From positions 13,741 through 77,740 of IMG/VR virus record IMGVR_UViG_3300017565_000001: DNA of 64,000 bases. One strand, given 5' to 3'. Position numbers and translations under genes: made by a program. Positions 61,924 to 64,000 of the stretch are shown here, piece by piece. How positions within the stretch are numbered: position 1 is the stretch's first letter; every line of letters begins with the position of its first letter. Origin of the DNA: a virus. Taxonomy: Duplodnaviria; Heunggongvirae; Uroviricota; Caudoviricetes. Under the pieces are notes generated by a model. That model did not search any database and had not been told where the DNA came from. It saw only the letters and a list, made by a program, of their open reading frames with translations.

Positions 61924-63288
61924 TTACTTGAGCTTCTTGAGCGCTTCCAGTTCTGAACTGTAAATTTCCTTCATCTTGGTTGGCGACTTCAACGTGGCCT
62001 TGTATTCCTTGATGTTTGCCGTCAAGCGCGCGATGTTCTCCTTGACAGTACCCAGGAAGTCTTGGGCCCAACGATACGTGGGTAGGCTCACAATCTTGTC
62101 AATCTGATCGGTATCGAGGCCAATAGCGGAAGTCACGTTGGTAACGTCAGCCATAATTGCACTCTTGTCCGTCTGCTTGATAAGACGTCCAGGCAGCTTA
62201 TCATCAAAGCACGCCTTCACACCCTGCCAGTAACGCAGTTCGTATTCGTCATCGGCGAGCATTTTTGCATAACGTTTGGTATACCAGCTCAAACGCCATA
62301 CAACGAATTCCTTCACTACTGTTTCTGGATTTTCGTATTGCCGAATGCTCTTGCCATTCCAATCAATTACCACGATACGCTCTGTTTCGCGTTCGCGCAA
62401 CTTGAAATATTCGATCAGATCGTTTTCTGTCCAATCCTTCAGAGCGCCACGCTTGAATTTGACTTGTACGTGGATGGTATCAGTGCTTCGATCCGTATAA
62501 CTGTAGATCTTTTGCTCTTCTTCCATTTTGTTCAAACGCTTCTTGAACGATTCCAGATTCAGACCTGGCGGTAGTTCTGTGATGAGCGCCGTTGACGAGT
62601 CAACAACCTCAGCACGTCCACGGAACTCCCATACGTTGGGCTCCAGGGGATTTACCACGATATTCAGGTAATCGTAGCTGGGCTCTAGGCCCTTTGGTTC
62701 TTTCCCTTCTAGGGCAGCCTGCGTAGCCGTAATAAGCTTCTTGAGGTTGCGAGGCAAGATGTTGGTAGACCAACCCACAGCCAGACCCTCAACACCATTC
62801 AGCAACACCATGGGAATGAGTGGTAGGAAATGCTCAGGTTCCCAATTTGAACCGTCGTAGTTCTCTTTCATGGGAACCACGTCCAAGTCTGGATACAACA
62901 GCATTTCGCCAGCCTTGCTCTTCTTCACGTAGGTATAACGTGGAGCACCGATACCTTCCACTGGGGCAACACGGGTACCAAAAGCACCGATACCTTCCAG
63001 TAGGGGAACATTGTTGACATATGGAGCGGCAAGCATGGAGATGGCACCAGACGCAGATGCGTCACCGTGCATATAGAGTCCACTGCTGATCATTTCACCA
63101 GCAAGGGAAACCGTCTTGATCTTTTCACTCTTGGACTTGACTAGCCAGAGTGCTTTGCGGGGACCATCCTTTAGACCATCGGCGACTCTGGGAATCGCTC
63201 GTGACTGCGCCACATAGATCGAATAGTCTTTAGATGATTCATTGATATAATCACTAGCAGGAGTTTTTGATGTTTGTTTCGTTGACAT
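61924..63288 (-). CDS. type IIA DNA topoisomerase, breakage-reunion subunit (T4 gp52/GyrA-like)
   Basis: RAIP...DGLK..RK, YMHGDAS, APRYT catalytic Tyr, P..LLNG.EG.AVGW.T, ITELPP. Confidence 0.93.
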   Translation of the reverse strand: MSTKQTSKTPASDYINESSKDYSIYVAQSRAIPRVADGLKDGPRKALWLVKSKSEKIKTVSLAGEMISSGLYMHGDASASGAISMLAAPYVNNVPLLEGIGAFGTRVAPVEGIGAPRYTYVKKSKAGEMLLYPDLDVVPMKENYDGSNWEPEHFLPLIPMVLLNGVEGLAVGWSTNILPRNLKKLITATQAALEGKEPKGLEPSYDYLNIVVNPLEPNVWEFRGRAEVVDSSTALITELPPGLNLESFKKRLNKMEEEQKIYSYTDRSTDTIHVQVKFKRGALKDWTENDLIEYFKLRERETERIVVIDWNGKSIRQYENPETVVKEFVVWRLSWYTKRYAKMLADDEYELRYWQGVKACFDDKLPGRLIKQTDKSAIMADVTNVTSAIGLDTDQIDKIVSLPTYRWAQDFLGTVKENIARLTANIKEYKATLKSPTKMKEIYSSELEALKKLK

Positions 63289-63335
63289 TTTGGTTATTAT
63301 TGTTGTGATATGTCAGTTTACATCTGACTACCTAG

Positions 63336-63776
63336 TTATGCAAAAGTGAGTTTGAACATCACCATATCTTCGGCTCTGCTGAATGCCACCGTGACAATGC
63401 TGTCGAGTAACGGTGTGTCACTTACTGCCCAATACCCAGTCGCATGTTCCTTACACCAATTAACATAGTCGGTTTGTTTTGGATATTTGGGTGATTTTGT
63501 TCCAGTAACAGTGAACAGAATATCTTCCATATAATGTGGAACCTTGAATGTTCCATTATATGGAAGGAATTTTAATATTCTTTCTCGAATATTGTCTTGT
63601 TGTGTCACTTGCTTTGGTATAATGTCAATGAACCGCCAGTTGTAATACAGTTTGCTCAAATCATGCAGCTTGAAGTAATCCTCATGAAGTCTGAGTTGTT
63701 TGTCCTCCAAAATATGAGGTTCCAACCAGGCGATAAGGCGTGAATGCGTGAGTTTCTTTCGATTGCGGATTTTCAT
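63336..63776 (-). CDS. FKL-motif family protein
   Basis: VNWCKEHATG.W ... FSRAEDMVMFKLTF. Confidence 0.75.
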   Translation of the reverse strand: MKIRNRKKLTHSRLIAWLEPHILEDKQLRLHEDYFKLHDLSKLYYNWRFIDIIPKQVTQQDNIRERILKFLPYNGTFKVPHYMEDILFTVTGTKSPKYPKQTDYVNWCKEHATGYWAVSDTPLLDSIVTVAFSRAEDMVMFKLTFA

Positions 63777-63988
63777 ACATATTTCCGGATTGGTAGTTCT
63801 TCGGTGAGAGTCAGTGCCAAAAGATTCGCCATTGATGCGTCAGGCAATGTGTTGAGAATGAATTTGAAGCACGGAACTCCGTATTTGAATCTGGCTCTCT
63901 GCGCCATAACAAATTCCACGGTGACCATCACGTCAGGTCCAACATGTTGGACCGCTAAATCAAAGAACTTTTTCAAATCCCTGATCAT
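63773..63988 (-). CDS. divergent FKL-motif family protein
   Basis: LPDASMANLLALTL; the upstream gene at the window edge also ends ...LKLK*. Confidence 0.5.
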   Translation of the reverse strand: MIRDLKKFFDLAVQHVGPDVMVTVEFVMAQRARFKYGVPCFKFILNTLPDASMANLLALTLTEELPIRKYV

Positions 63989-64000
63989 TTCAGCTTCAAA

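Noticed and set aside
1-64000. Genome-wide amber recoding (genetic code 15)
   Set aside because: All large enzymes are open in code 11, only one convincing internal TAG was found, and several genes end at TAG right after their conserved C-terminal motif or before a terminator.

Overview
This window is a gene-dense, mostly plus-strand segment of a jumbo myovirus genome with T4-like features, probably infecting a proteobacterium. No CRISPR array, IS element or intein was seen. Core genes include primase, DnaB/gp41-like helicase, a PD-(D/E)xK exonuclease, class Ia nrdA/nrdB and a gp52-like topoisomerase II subunit. There is a late cluster of probable head-core proteins and a PAAR spike protein fused to an M15 peptidase. 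Accessory genes include an Acb1-like 2H phosphodiesterase, RtcB, an RlaP-type nucleotidyltransferase, an Rnl2-like ligase with a Pol-beta nucleotidyltransferase, TraR, WYL, WGR, vWA, coaD/coaE, agmatinase, guaC, queD and a BI-1/YccA protein. The strongest signals are four. (1) An amber-suppressor tRNA (anticodon CUA, 39389-39463). (2) A peptidyl-tRNA hydrolase (PTH2) gene whose only Shine-Dalgarno-linked start (36012) is followed by an in-frame TAG at codon 5, suggesting a suppressor-gated gene. (3) A circularly permuted two-piece tmRNA with a 90-nt structured intervening sequence. (4) About 30 small paralogous proteins sharing a C-terminal D/E-x-x-A-x-x-F-K-L-x-W/F motif. All protein assignments come from motif recognition by eye; no database searches were run.
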